Source: an uncultured virus (IMG/VR IMGVR_UViG_3300028591_000105)
Lineage: Duplodnaviria > Heunggongvirae > Uroviricota > Caudoviricetes
DNA: 64,000 bases
Direction: 5' to 3' (one strand)
Virus record (IMG/VR): IMGVR_UViG_3300028591_000105
A program made the translations under genes and the position numbers. Positions 1-10,034 of this stretch are shown in pieces (within the stretch, counting starts at the first letter, position 1; each line of letters begins with the position of its first letter). The notes below the pieces were generated by a model, which made no database searches, was not told the origin of the DNA, and was given only the letters and a program-made list of their open reading frames with translations.

Positions 1-129
1 ACTGAGATTTAGCATTAACCTTAATCTATGACAAGTATCAACAAGATAAACATCACAACTTAAAGTACTCACCGCTGCACAAAAACTATTTATATCCTTC
101 ATTGTGTCAAGTCTTATTCTATTTCTCAT
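1..129 (-). CDS. HPr-family (PTS phosphocarrier-like) protein, 5' part; runs off window start
   Basis: MRNRIRLDTMKDINSFCAAVSTLSCDVYLVDTCHRLRVNAKSQ...; VNAKS matches the HPr Ser46 motif; GGAGG RBS upstream. Confidence 0.65.
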   Translation of the reverse strand, partial: MRNRIRLDTMKDINSFCAAVSTLSCDVYLVDTCHRLRLMLNLS

Positions 130-153
130 AATCTTTCCTCCTTAACTTTCCAT

Positions 154-220
154 TATACTTCACGCCGGCTTACCAAAAATTACCATTCTTACCAAAAATT
201 GGTAGGCCGGCAGTAGTATA
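154..220. repeat. Palindromic intergenic element (GCCGGC-armed family)
   Basis: tatacttcacgccggcttacca ... tggtaggccggcagtagtata imperfect inverted arms. Confidence 0.7.
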
Positions 221-228
221 TTTATGCT

Positions 229-477
229 TCAAACTCTAAAAAAGTCAACGTACTTAGTAATTTTACTACCTAGTCCAGTATCCCTCTTTCTTATCTTATG
301 CTTCTTCAAATAAGTTCTATATCTTACTGAACCTAGGTACTGCTTATATCCCCTCTCAAAATCTATTGGACAGTAATCTATATAATCATGAAAAGCATCT
401 ACAATAATCTTCTGAGTATTACCATAACGATATGCTTCTATTTGCTTTGCCTTTTTCTTTTTAATTCTCTTGTTCAT
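229..477 (-). CDS. Hypothetical basic protein
   Basis: 82-aa ORF with AGGAGG RBS, overlaps upstream gene. Confidence 0.7.
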   Translation of the reverse strand: MNKRIKKKKAKQIEAYRYGNTQKIIVDAFHDYIDYCPIDFERGYKQYLGSVRYRTYLKKHKIRKRDTGLGSKITKYVDFFRV

Positions 478-865
478 AAAATCCTCCTTTTTTAATATTC
501 TTTAACGTATATTCAACATAGATAGTTTTTCTATCTATAACCTTATAATTATTCACTACAATAATTTTACTATTTATCATATGTTCAAGTATATATTCTG
601 GATAAAGATAAAGAGCCCCGTCAGGACTATCAATACACATTTCCGTTATAAACTCACAATGTATATAATTTTCATTTCTTCCTTCTTCATAATAAGGTAA
701 AGCAAGAAAGAAAAAATTATTTAATCCTAAAGGAAGAAAATCATCTATGAAACGATTGTTAGGAATTGCTGTTTTATCTTCATAAATTATTTCATAAGTT
801 TCTCTTAATCTATCTATTTCAGCCGATGAAATTCCTTCAAACTGATAATCATTAAATACTTTCAT
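461..865 (-). CDS. Hypothetical protein
   Basis: 134-aa ORF coupled to neighbours (TAATG overlap). Confidence 0.7.
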   Translation of the reverse strand: MKVFNDYQFEGISSAEIDRLRETYEIIYEDKTAIPNNRFIDDFLPLGLNNFFFLALPYYEEGRNENYIHCEFITEMCIDSPDGALYLYPEYILEHMINSKIIVVNNYKVIDRKTIYVEYTLKNIKKGGFYEQEN

Positions 866-1396
866 TAATACACTCCTTCTTCTGTAAAATGGCGCTTAAT
901 GCTGTCTAATGATACTGGTTGATAATTATGCCGCTCGACACACATACAAGCAGAGTTCTTACCCCAAGTTTTGTATAGTGGACTGTTGTGAATATGACCA
1001 TATGCTGAACAATACATTTGATTCATTACAAAAGGAAGCGGCTCATGGGATAGTACAAGATAGTCCATAATAATGATTGGATGGTCATAAACTTCCGCAA
1101 ATCCGCAGTCTCGATACCATTGATTTGACCTAGTATCATGATTGCCTTTTACTAGATATATTTTTCCATTCAGGTGTTCTACTATTTCAGTAACTTGCTC
1201 CTTACTTCCGAAACCAAAGTCGCCAAGATGATATACCTTGTCATCTTTCTTTACAGACTGATTCCAAAGTTGTATTATCTTCTCATTCATGCTATTAACA
1301 TCATTAAAAGGTCGATTACAATAGTCAATTATCTTCTCATGGCAGTTACCAGAAATGGGTATCTGCTATGAACCACGTATTAGATGGTGCTCCCAT
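865..1396 (-). CDS. Calcineurin-like metallophosphoesterase, interrupted by 7 extra nt (with TAA) at 1345-1351
   Basis: Motifs WFIADTHF / CHEKIIDYCNRPF, HLGD, KGNHD, LSHEP, YGHIH; first motif is in a different frame from the rest. Confidence 0.8.
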
Positions 1397-1405
1397 TTCT
1401 ATTCG

Positions 1406-1627
1406 TCACTCCTTTCTATTACCATATTCTCTTATCTTATTAATATCTCCTGCTGCCCTTGATGCGCCGGCGCAAGCTATTTGAGTATAGCGTGATTGCC
1501 ATTCTCCATAGGAGATTGAACCGTTTAGATATTCCCACATTAGCTTATTTATTTTGTCTAAACTCTTATAATGTTCTTTACCTGCTTCTTTAGTTAATTC
1601 TAAAACAAATTCTTGATATTTGTTCAT
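1406..1627 (-). CDS. Hypothetical protein
   Basis: 73-aa ORF, AAAGGAG RBS, sigmaA promoter upstream. Confidence 0.7.
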   Translation of the reverse strand: MNKYQEFVLELTKEAGKEHYKSLDKINKLMWEYLNGSISYGEWQSRYTQIACAGASRAAGDINKIREYGNRKE

Positions 1628-1697
1628 AGTGTTCTCCTTTCTTTATAAAATAATTATACCATAAAACAAATAAAAAGTCAAAAAGAAAAGTCCTAAA

Positions 1698-2093
1698 TCA
1701 ATTAGGACTCACTCGCTTTTCATCTACTATATTAAATTTCTTTTTAAAATCATGATAGTTTAAATCAATACTATCTCCAACTTTTGGCACAGTTTCATCA
1801 ATATTAAATTCAACAGTATATACTAAGTTAGTATTTCTTGCATAATACTCTACTTTATAGTACTGATACTCACCTTCTGAAACATCTACTGTTATACTAT
1901 TTACACTCACTACATCATAATGATAAACTTCAATATTGTTCTTGTAAATATTGAAAGGAACTATTGTGTCAATCATTATCACAGAAATCAATCCAACGAT
2001 GGCATCTGATGGACTTTCTATCAGAAAAATAATTTCAAGTATTGTAGCTGCTAATGCTAATATACCTAAAAACATTACTATTCCTATTGGCAT
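1698..2093 (-). CDS. Hypothetical membrane protein
   Basis: Two hydrophobic N-terminal segments, RBS and promoter upstream. Confidence 0.7.
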   Translation of the reverse strand: MPIGIVMFLGILALAATILEIIFLIESPSDAIVGLISVIMIDTIVPFNIYKNNIEVYHYDVVSVNSITVDVSEGEYQYYKVEYYARNTNLVYTVEFNIDETVPKVGDSIDLNYHDFKKKFNIVDEKRVSPN

Positions 2094-2197
2094 ATTATCT
2101 CTCCTTTCTTTTATAATAATATTATATCATATAACAAAAGAAAAATCAATAGTTCTATTGCTAAAACTATTGATTATCTTAACCTTATGAACCACCT

Positions 2198-3070
2198 TTA
2201 GCTGTTTTCCTTTGTAATAAATTTGTCTTTCAATAATTTAATTATTTCTTTTTTACTTAATGTATAAGGGATTTCCAATAAAGAAATTTTTTCTCTATTA
2301 CAATATTGTCTTTTAATTTCATCATAATGCTGCTATTTTTTAAATCGCTTTTCTCCACCAAAGAAATCTACAGGCTAATAATGTTGAATTCCTTGATATT
2401 CAATACAGGTATTAAAATCAGGTAAATAAAAATCTATATAAAGCATGTTATTATTATCTCCTCTTAATTTATCATTAACATACTAATACTAATATCTTAT
2501 CTAATAGTTTTCTAAAAACTCTTTTATCCACATTTCCCCTTTAGATGTAATGCATCCACAACTAGAAGAAAGCCCCTATCTTAAAGAGGCTCCATCAACA
2601 CTTTTAATAGTGCCGCAATTCAAGCATTTACATTTCCAATATACTTTATGTTTTTTTCTTCGTGTGTTATCTCTTTCAATAACATACCAATTATCAAAAG
2701 TTTTTCCTGTTAAATCAATCAACTACCGCTATGTAGTTAATTCTTTAGCAAGGCAGCCACAACTTTGCTTACTTCCAGATTTTAAAGTATTTGTATTTGA
2801 AGTTGTTATATTACCACAGTCACATTTACATTTCCATATTCTTTGCTACTTTTGAGAAGGAAGTTGACCGATAACTTTTAAACGTCCAAATCTTTTACCG
2901 ATTAAACTTTCTTCTTTTTTCTAAAACCATGGGTAAACATCTTGTATTTCTTTGGTCATAGTAGAATTCCAACTTTTATATCCTATTTTTCTATAAAAGT
3001 CACTTAAACTATCACTATTATTATATATTTCTCTTAGTTCTTCTTCTGAATATTTTTCCCATTTTTTCAT
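2198..3070 (-). CDS. Putative free-standing endonuclease (CxCDCG/SCGC repeats + C-terminal Vsr/DUF559-like domain)
   Basis: With TAG=Gln: LIGKRFGRL, WKCKCDCGN, SCGC, DFYLPDFNTCIEYQGIQHY; paralogue of 34920-35996. Confidence 0.75.
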
Positions 3071-3074
3071 TTAA

Positions 3075-4157
3075 TCACCCTGTACGTTGATTATAACCAT
3101 ATTGATTTGACTTATAGAAGCCAATCCAATACTTCTCTTTCTCTGTCTATTCTTCTTTTGGACAAACTTCTACAATTTCCCAAGTATAATTTTCAAGTCC
3201 ATCTTCAAACATAGCATCATATAGCTAACCTTTAATTCTTTCAATACCACAGCCACGCTTTGCATGGGTACGCCAACGACTTAAAAAGTTAGTCGTCTTA
3301 CCAATATAAACTTTCTAATTATTTATATTAGTAATCTTATAAATACCACCTTTATCCTTATTCTCGCCAAGTACTCTTTTAAATAATTCTTCAAGTCTTG
3401 ATTTATAATATGTTTCATAAATAAGTTTAAGTAGTATCTCTGGCTTTGAAAAAGAAGTAGATAATGCTTTTAACTTACTAATATCCTACTTTTCAATTTC
3501 ACTTACTTTAATTCTATAAAAGTCTGCCTATTCTCTTTTTCTTTCATCTTCCTTAAAGCGAGCAATAATTTCATTTTGTCTAGCTTCATACTTCTCTATC
3601 TCTTCAGTCAATGCCGCCTTTCTCGAATTTATTTGCTCGCTCACGACGAAAAAATCATGAGATAATGCCTCTTTCTTTTCTTTATAGTCTTCACTTAACT
3701 TAGCTAATTCAGTATTAAGCCTATGCTATTCTTCCACTATTTCTTTTTCAAGCATAGCTTGTCTAGCTTGCGCCGCCGAAGCAACTTTTTCGTTGAGTTC
3801 TTTTTCATTCTACTCATATTTCCATTTGAGTTCATTCTCTCTTTTCTTATAACACTGTTCAATTGTTGCTTGCTATTCAGAATAAAATCTATTAAGATTT
3901 AAAACCGAATCTTCTATAGATTCTTTCTATCTATTATATTCTCTTTCAAGCTATTCTTTGCGCTCTTTGTGCCGGCGCTCAATATCTTCATTAAACTCTT
4001 TTTCAACAGCATTTTTCTTTTCGACTAAACCCTATATTGCTTTTGCCTACTCACGTTTAAACTATTGAGTAGGAAGCTTCTTTATACTAAGGCGGTCAAG
4101 TAAGAAAAATATTGCTGCGCCGGCGCAGAGTCCAATGAGAATTGCAATAATTACCAT
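3075..4157 (-). CDS. Membrane-anchored coiled-coil protein with C-terminal GIY-YIG nuclease domain
   Basis: MVIIAILIGLCAGAAIFFLL TM, long charged helical region, GIYKITNINNQKVYIG...GYN; many TAG=Gln. Confidence 0.75.
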
Positions 4158-4807
4158 TTCTCCTCATCTCCAAATTCATACTCTGCGCCGCAGTCACATA
4201 TACATAATCTACAGCAACCTAGTGGACCATTACCAATAAAGAACTTTAACTTATGGCCTTTGATATTACCTCCTTCTTCAAGAATATGAGTATAATACCA
4301 ATTCATAATTTCATTAGCTTTATCCATATCCATAGAACGGTCCTAATATCTACGTGCTTCAGATAAAGACGCTTGTAGCTCTTCTATCTTTTTATTCTTT
4401 TCTTCAAATATATCATCATCAGAGCGTGAGGCTTGCTTAGTAAGTTCTTCTGCTTGCTTTTCTAATGTCTTTTCCATTTCAGCAATATAATTAACAGTTC
4501 TCATTAATCCTTCTTTATTATCTGAAACATCATAGAACTTATTACGCCAAGGATGATAATGAGCATGACTGTAATGCAAATTACGTTTATCTTTCATATA
4601 TTCTGTAGCTTCTTTTAATAATTCCGCGCCATTTTTCTCATATGCTTGGCCGGCAAGGTATTCTTCTGCATAATCCATATAAGTTGTTATAGGGTCTGGC
4701 GAATTACGAAGCGCTTCGTTAAATTCGGGGTCAGCGGCGAGCGCGTCGTTTACTTGCTAAACTGTTGCATCACTCATATCTATTATTTTATCAAGTATAT
4801 CAGCCAT
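4151..4807 (-). CDS. Hypothetical protein (joins ORFs 4343-4678 and 4151-4333)
   Basis: Single frame through two TAGs, coupled to thyX stop. Confidence 0.7.
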
Positions 4808-5588
4808 TGTCTTCCTCCATATTATAAAGTGCTTGAATTAATTCTTCCTCAGATTGTGGGATATGTCCTTGTTTATGACATTTAAGAATAAGTTGATTCA
4901 TAAACTCAAGGTCTTTCTTCGCAGGCATATAACCACAAGAATGAGATTCATCACAGAAACCATAGTGTCTACACTTAGGCTTTAATATATTCTCTTCTTC
5001 TATTAAATATCTCCATTCATCTGAATATTTACTTAGGGCGGCAGCAATGTCAGTCATTAACTGACGGAACTCCCAATACGCACGACTACACATACGTACT
5101 TTTGCCATATCAATAAGCGCTCGTAAGTTAGTGCGGTATACTACTTTAGTACTCATACCAAGAGGGAGCAGCATTGCTGCATCTTCACGTTTTATTTTAT
5201 AATCCTTTTCCAAGCGCTGCGCCGCCGAAGCAATATTTTGCATAGTACCATTGTACAAAGTTGCAGCAGGTGACATTTCACCAAGCGCCGGCGTAATGTA
5301 ATCAAAATCATTGTAGTCAATGTAGCGAGTGGACGCCTGGAGCTTGCTCGGCATACCGGACTAGTGAGTATATAACTCTCGGATGACTCTAGCTGAATAG
5401 CCATCAAGAATTAGAAATACCTATGCATACTCTAATGTCTTGCCATGACCAGAACGAAGGCATTCAAGTCCTCGCTTATAGTTCTTAACAGAATCGGCTG
5501 TCTTTGCTGACCAACACTCGCCAGCAAATTCGCCTGCGAGCTTTAAAGGATTTCTTGTTGTTTCACTATGTACTATTACAGTTCCCAT
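4800..5588 (-). CDS. thyX: Flavin-dependent thymidylate synthase
   Basis: SGHGKTLEY, RELYTH..., QASTRY, NLRAL, RMCSRAYWEFR; two TAG=Gln. Confidence 0.9.
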
Positions 5589-5806
5589 TAGTCGTCTTCA
5601 CCTCTACGAAGTTTTATTCCAGTATTAGTTGGTAAAAAGATACGAAATAGTATCATTAGTCCAAAAAATTGTACTTTACTAAGTGCTGGTAAACCAAAAA
5701 TTGCAACTGCAATCCATTTCCATAAGTATACACCAAGACATACCTCAACAAAGATAAGTAATGCCCAAAATAATATACCAACTATAATAGAAATTGTATT
5801 TTCCAT
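5588..5806 (-). CDS. Small membrane protein
   Basis: Hydrophobic 72-aa ORF with GGAGG RBS. Confidence 0.7.
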   Translation of the reverse strand: MENTISIIVGILFWALLIFVEVCLGVYLWKWIAVAIFGLPALSKVQFFGLMILFRIFLPTNTGIKLRRGEDD

Positions 5807-5807
5807 T

Positions 5808-6368
5808 TTAACCTCCTATTTTCTTTCTTTCTGCTATTATCATTGGCAAATCAGTAGTATTAATTGGTATAAGACTATGATAGCCAAGTGAACAATTAAG
5901 GACTCCATCTTTATATATGGTATCCATTGGATATTTCGACGCCGCCGTAGCGACGATAGTATAATTATCTATTTGTTCAAGGTCATATTTAATTCCACGC
6001 TTTGCCGGCGAGATTAGTACTGTATAGAACTCATTATTAAATGAACCTCGATAAATACCTGGCGCATTCCATACTTGACGAAAGATGCGTTTATAAGTGT
6101 CTTGTGAAAAATGAGTTTGCTCTCTTCCATCTATAATATCACAAGTTTGAGTAGGATTGAGTGGTGCAAGTAGTTGTTTCAATTCTTCTGCCGTTCCAGA
6201 TGTTATATCACCGAAGAAAAGAAAACAATCTTCAGGTGAAGTGCGGGCGGCGAGCATGTTGTTGATTATTGTAGAGTTATAGGTATCTACTGATATACTG
6301 AATTTGTCTGCAGACTTAGGGTTTGAGAAGTTTGGGTCTGCGACAAGAAATGTTTTGGGTTTGGTCAT
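5808..6368 (-). CDS. Degenerate metallophosphoesterase-like protein
   Basis: FLVADPNF, FFGDI and LNCS align with the family, but metal-binding His and GNHD residues are lost. Confidence 0.55.
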   Translation of the reverse strand: MTKPKTFLVADPNFSNPKSADKFSISVDTYNSTIINNMLAARTSPEDCFLFFGDITSGTAEELKQLLAPLNPTQTCDIIDGREQTHFSQDTYKRIFRQVWNAPGIYRGSFNNEFYTVLISPAKRGIKYDLEQIDNYTIVATAASKYPMDTIYKDGVLNCSLGYHSLIPINTTDLPMIIAERKKIGG

Positions 6369-6450
6369 AATATCCCTCCTTTATTTATTATTATTATAGC
6401 ATAGAATAGAGGAAAAGTCAAATAGAAGAAAAGCGCCGTTCATCGGTGCT

Positions 6451-7008
6451 TTAAAATAAACTATTTTCTTCTTGAACTTTTTTCGCCGCAGCCTTCATGT
6501 CCTTAATTAATTGCATATATTCTTTCTTTTGCTCTTCTTCTGTTTTAGTCTATATCGTTTTAGCTTTTTCTAAAAATTTCTTTAATAATTCACTATCATA
6601 AATCTAAATTACTTGCCCAATTTTATTGGCTTCTTGTCTTAAAGTTTCAATACTTATTCTTCTATCTATAGGAGATGAATAAAACTCAAAATGATTCTTC
6701 GGTTTTTCTTCTATATATCCTTTATCAATAAGTTCCTACTTTGCCTTACGATATGTACTTTCTGCTAGTCCATAACTATTCTAAAAATCTTTAGGGCTTA
6801 ATACAAATTCCCAACCATCTTCATTTTCAACTAAGTACAAATATAATTTAAAGGCTGATGGGGTTAAACTCTTCGCCGCCTCTCTTATTTCTTCAATACC
6901 TACATACATAAACTTCATTCCCTCCTGTTTATATTTCGGCTTATTTATTCTTCCAAATTTCTAATTTGGACTACTATTAAAAGTCCTTAAAAAATCATTT
7001 GTATTCAT
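6451..7008 (-). CDS. Winged-helix DNA-binding protein, possible replication initiator/regulator
   Basis: SLTPSAFKLYLYL...GLAESTYRKAKQELIDKGYI wHTH pattern (TAG=Gln); adjacent to iteron-like repeats. Confidence 0.6.
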
Positions 7009-7014
7009 ATAATC

Positions 7015-7113
7015 ACCATTCCCATTGTATTATCCATTCCTTTTTATAAATAAAGTAGGAAGGAGGGTGGGAATGGTTAAACCCTCAGAGTGGCCGACTC
7101 TTTTCTTCCTACT
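7015..7113 (-). ncRNA. Candidate cis-regulatory leader RNA (3-way junction, anti-SD loop)
   Basis: Stems 7054-62/7105-13, 7063-68/7081-86, 7087-91/7097-7101; 7068-77 is a perfect complement of RBS region 7015-24. Confidence 0.55.
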
Positions 7114-7140
7114 ATTTATAAGTGATAAAATTATAGAGAT

Positions 7141-7400
7141 ACTCTAAAAATTTGCGCTAAAAATTTGCGATATTTTTCTGCTTAACTCTATCAATATGGA
7201 ACACTATCTATTTTGATAGAGAGTTCTAAATTTAGCAAGAACTCTATCAATTTATGCTAGTAACTCTCTATTTTTAGAACAATAACTCTCTAAAAATGGA
7301 ACAGTGACTCTCTAAAAATATAATAGAGAAATAAGAATAATAAGAATAAATAAGAATAAAATAAGAATAAAATAAGAATTTGAAAGCTAACGCTTTCAAA
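7141..7400. repeat. Iteron-like 22-bp-phased repeats plus AT-rich tandem repeats; candidate replication origin
   Basis: ACTCT motifs at 7241, 7263, 7285, 7307 (also 7141, 7185); five AATAAGAAT repeats at ~7329-7379; hairpin ttgaaagc-taac-gctttcaa. Confidence 0.55.
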
Positions 7401-7490
7401 AATTTTTTTCTTTAATATTATTATATCACACTTCAAAGTAAAAAGCAAGTTGTTGCAATTATCCTACTCCGTGCCGGCCTACCACTCTCC

Positions 7491-7580
7491 CTACACTTTG
7501 CGCCGCCACCCTAGTAAATTTTCTTAATGTGAAATTTTACTATATCGACTCTAAAAAATTGCTGCGCCGGCGCTAAGTAA
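7491..7580 (+). repeat. Dispersed ~80-bp element
   Basis: tacactttgcgccgccaccctag...aatgtgaaa...gctgcgccggcgctaagta; colinear with 17621-17709. Confidence 0.75.
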
Positions 7581-7621
7581 AAAGAAAAGGACTTATTGTA
7601 AAGTCCTTTTGTTTAGTACTA

Positions 7622-8782
7622 TTAATCTTCTATCTTTGCAAATTTCTTATAGAACTTTCCTAATTCACCAAGTTCATCGAGAGATACTTCTCTAAGTATC
7701 TCAACTTTAGAAGCTCTCAACTTACCATCTGACCTATAAGGAGCGACAAGTTCTGCGTCTTCAGGTACTCTTACTTCAAGTATTGCGCAGTCTGCTGAAG
7801 TAAAGTAATTATCAAGTGCCCATTCAATGGTAGCAACATGGATTCCTTGCCCACAAATTTGTTCAGGGTCAGAATTGTAATCATCAGGAATAGCAAGTTC
7901 TCCAACTCTGTATTCATAGTCCTCATCATAAAATGAATAATATCTATCATCTTTCTTATAAACACACTTATAATAAACTCTATTAGGACTAATATACTTT
8001 CTTGGGTCACGGTACATTCCATTATAATCATTATCAAGATAACAATCTATGGATATTATTTCAGTGCCACCTTCAGAAATTAAAGTTTCTATTTCAAAAG
8101 GAAAATCCATACATATTAAAGACTCTTTATCATAAATGTATAAGCCTTTTGTAGGAAGAGTATGTTTATAAGGATTTAGGAGCCTATCTTTATTAATATT
8201 AATGGCGCATCGCTGGGTTTTTAAAGCCACTCTGTCTGAATAGGGATAAATCCTACAATTGCTTGCTTCAACCGATGATTCATCATATGGATAAATCCAA
8301 TTGCCATCAAAGGTTTTTATTAAAGATTTATCAAATGCCCATATACTTCCCGAATCCTTAGATATAACTATACTATTATTATAAGCCTTTATATGAGGGC
8401 TTTGCATGTTAAGTACATCAAGTTTACTTTCATTATAGCAAAAGACGGTTATAGGCACTTTATTATAGATTGTAAGAGTAACAGCAGCTTTTTTAGTTAA
8501 ATAAATTCTACTTGTATTTATTGACTCATTTATGTCATATACTCCACCAGAAAAACACATTGCATACAAATCAGAATTTTTTAATCTACCATATATCTCC
8601 ACATAGACATTATCAGGTAACTCAGGAAATACCGCAGTAAATTTTTTCCAATTAAAATCTTCTGTCATATAAAAGTATATTTTATAATATCCTTCTTTTT
8701 CACCAAGGCTTTTCGCCACTTCATTTAATTTATCCAATGAATTATAAACAGTTTTAGCACTTTCAAATATCCTAAACTCCAT
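7622..8782 (-). CDS. Phage protein with C-terminal C-x-x-GIH...DGKLRA domain
   Basis: 386-aa TAG-free ORF; YRVGE...ICGQGIH...SDGKLRAS pattern seen in phage repeat-associated proteins. Confidence 0.65.
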   Translation of the reverse strand: MEFRIFESAKTVYNSLDKLNEVAKSLGEKEGYYKIYFYMTEDFNWKKFTAVFPELPDNVYVEIYGRLKNSDLYAMCFSGGVYDINESINTSRIYLTKKAAVTLTIYNKVPITVFCYNESKLDVLNMQSPHIKAYNNSIVISKDSGSIWAFDKSLIKTFDGNWIYPYDESSVEASNCRIYPYSDRVALKTQRCAININKDRLLNPYKHTLPTKGLYIYDKESLICMDFPFEIETLISEGGTEIISIDCYLDNDYNGMYRDPRKYISPNRVYYKCVYKKDDRYYSFYDEDYEYRVGELAIPDDYNSDPEQICGQGIHVATIEWALDNYFTSADCAILEVRVPEDAELVAPYRSDGKLRASKVEILREVSLDELGELGKFYKKFAKIED

Positions 8783-8984
8783 CTGTCTTCCTCCTTTTCA
8801 TAAAAGCAATATACACTTGTTTTCTATTAATAAATCTATTTTCTAACTTCCATCCTTCTTCTATTGCCCTATTAACCTCTCTATCAAAAGCTCCTGGGTA
8901 AGGATTCTCAATTGTCTTATACTCATACATAATCGGCCTATCCTTCCTCGGTCTCTCCATCTCTATTGGCTCATCTATCTCCAT
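8772..8984 (-). CDS. Hypothetical protein
   Basis: 70-aa ORF with GGAGG RBS. Confidence 0.65.
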   Translation of the reverse strand: MEIDEPIEMERPRKDRPIMYEYKTIENPYPGAFDREVNRAIEEGWKLENRFINRKQVYIAFMKRRKTDGV

Positions 8985-9056
8985 TCAATACTTCCTCCTT
9001 TATTTTTTCTATATTCATTATATCATACCTTATAAAAATTTTCAATAAGTCTGTTG

Positions 9057-9130
9057 TGCCGCCCTAGAGTTATTGTGCATTTTCAACAAAAAATCTCACT
9101 AAAATTCTACGCGCCGGCGCAGAGTACTGA
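9057..9130 (+). repeat. Dispersed ~80-bp element
   Basis: gccgccctag...ttgtgcattttcaacaa...gcgccggcgcagagtactga; colinear with 9697-9788. Confidence 0.7.
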
Positions 9131-9231
9131 GTACAACAAATTGACACTTAGTACTACCTAGCTCCTAGCAACTTGACTTTTGCCCTATACTATGTTATAA
9201 TATATATACAAAATAAAAAGGAGGTCACCCT

Positions 9232-9432
9232 ATGAAGTACTTAATAATAATGACAGCTCCCTCCCACCACTTTATGCATGAGCCAGATGATTTCATCCGA
9301 CCATACTTAGTTGAAGCAAGTGATGAAAGGGAGTTTAATGAAAAGGTAGAATATGCAGAAACATTGTTTGTAAAGGAGTACAATGTTCCACGAGTAAGTG
9401 TTTAGCTTTTACTTAAATATAAGGTTAAATAA
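9232..9432 (+). CDS. Hypothetical protein
   Basis: sigmaA-type promoter at ~9173, GGAGG RBS, one TAG=Gln. Confidence 0.6.
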
Positions 9433-9488
9433 TTAGAGATAGGAATATACTTCGCTACATATAATTAGAATTGTAGTGAGGTGAGATT

Positions 9489-9662
9489 ATGGCAACAATA
9501 GAAGATTTTGAATGTCCACTTGCCGTGCCGCACCATGTGGAAGTTACAGGTAGTAGATGGAGTGAAATAAAAGATGATTACATTGCTGGATAGCCAGTAA
9601 CAATAGGTGATAAAACTTATACAAATACCGATGATATTGTAATTTTTATCAAAGATGAATGA
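9489..9662 (+). CDS. Hypothetical protein
   Basis: GAGGTG RBS, one TAG=Gln, followed by terminator at ~9667-9697. Confidence 0.55.
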
Positions 9663-9696
9663 TATTACCCCTGAAGTACTCAGGGGTTTTCTTTTT

Positions 9697-9788
9697 TACA
9701 CTTCGCCGTCCTAGGGTTGTTGTACAATTTCAACAAAAGTTTCAAGTAAAATCTTGCTGCGCCGGCGCTAAGTACTGAAATTGACTAC
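9697..9788 (+). repeat. Dispersed ~80-bp element
   Basis: tacacttcgccgtcctag...ttgtacaatttcaacaa...gctgcgccggcgctaagtactga. Confidence 0.7.
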
Positions 9789-10034
9789 TTAATCATTGAT
9801 TGTAATATAGCACGTTGTACTATCAAATGATGATTTAAACGTGAAATAGTGCTATTTACAAATGTAGAGTAACTCACTAAGTAACGGGCCTAGCTTATCA
9901 AGTGATGTTACAGTAGCAATATAAAGATTATCAATTGTAACTAGTGGTTCTACTTTGAGACTATGGAGTACTTCATCGAAGTAGGTATAAGCAGACTAGT
10001 TATGTGTTGATAAAATTTGAATATGTAACTTCAT
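9789..10034 (-). CDS. Hypothetical protein
   Basis: AAAGGAGG RBS; 81-aa frame open with two TAG=Gln. Confidence 0.55.

Noticed and set aside
9073..9089. Rex operator
   Set aside because: Dyad TTGTGCATTTTCAACAA is 17 bp and deviates from the 18-bp TTGTGAA-N4-TTCACAA consensus; kept only as the core of the dispersed element
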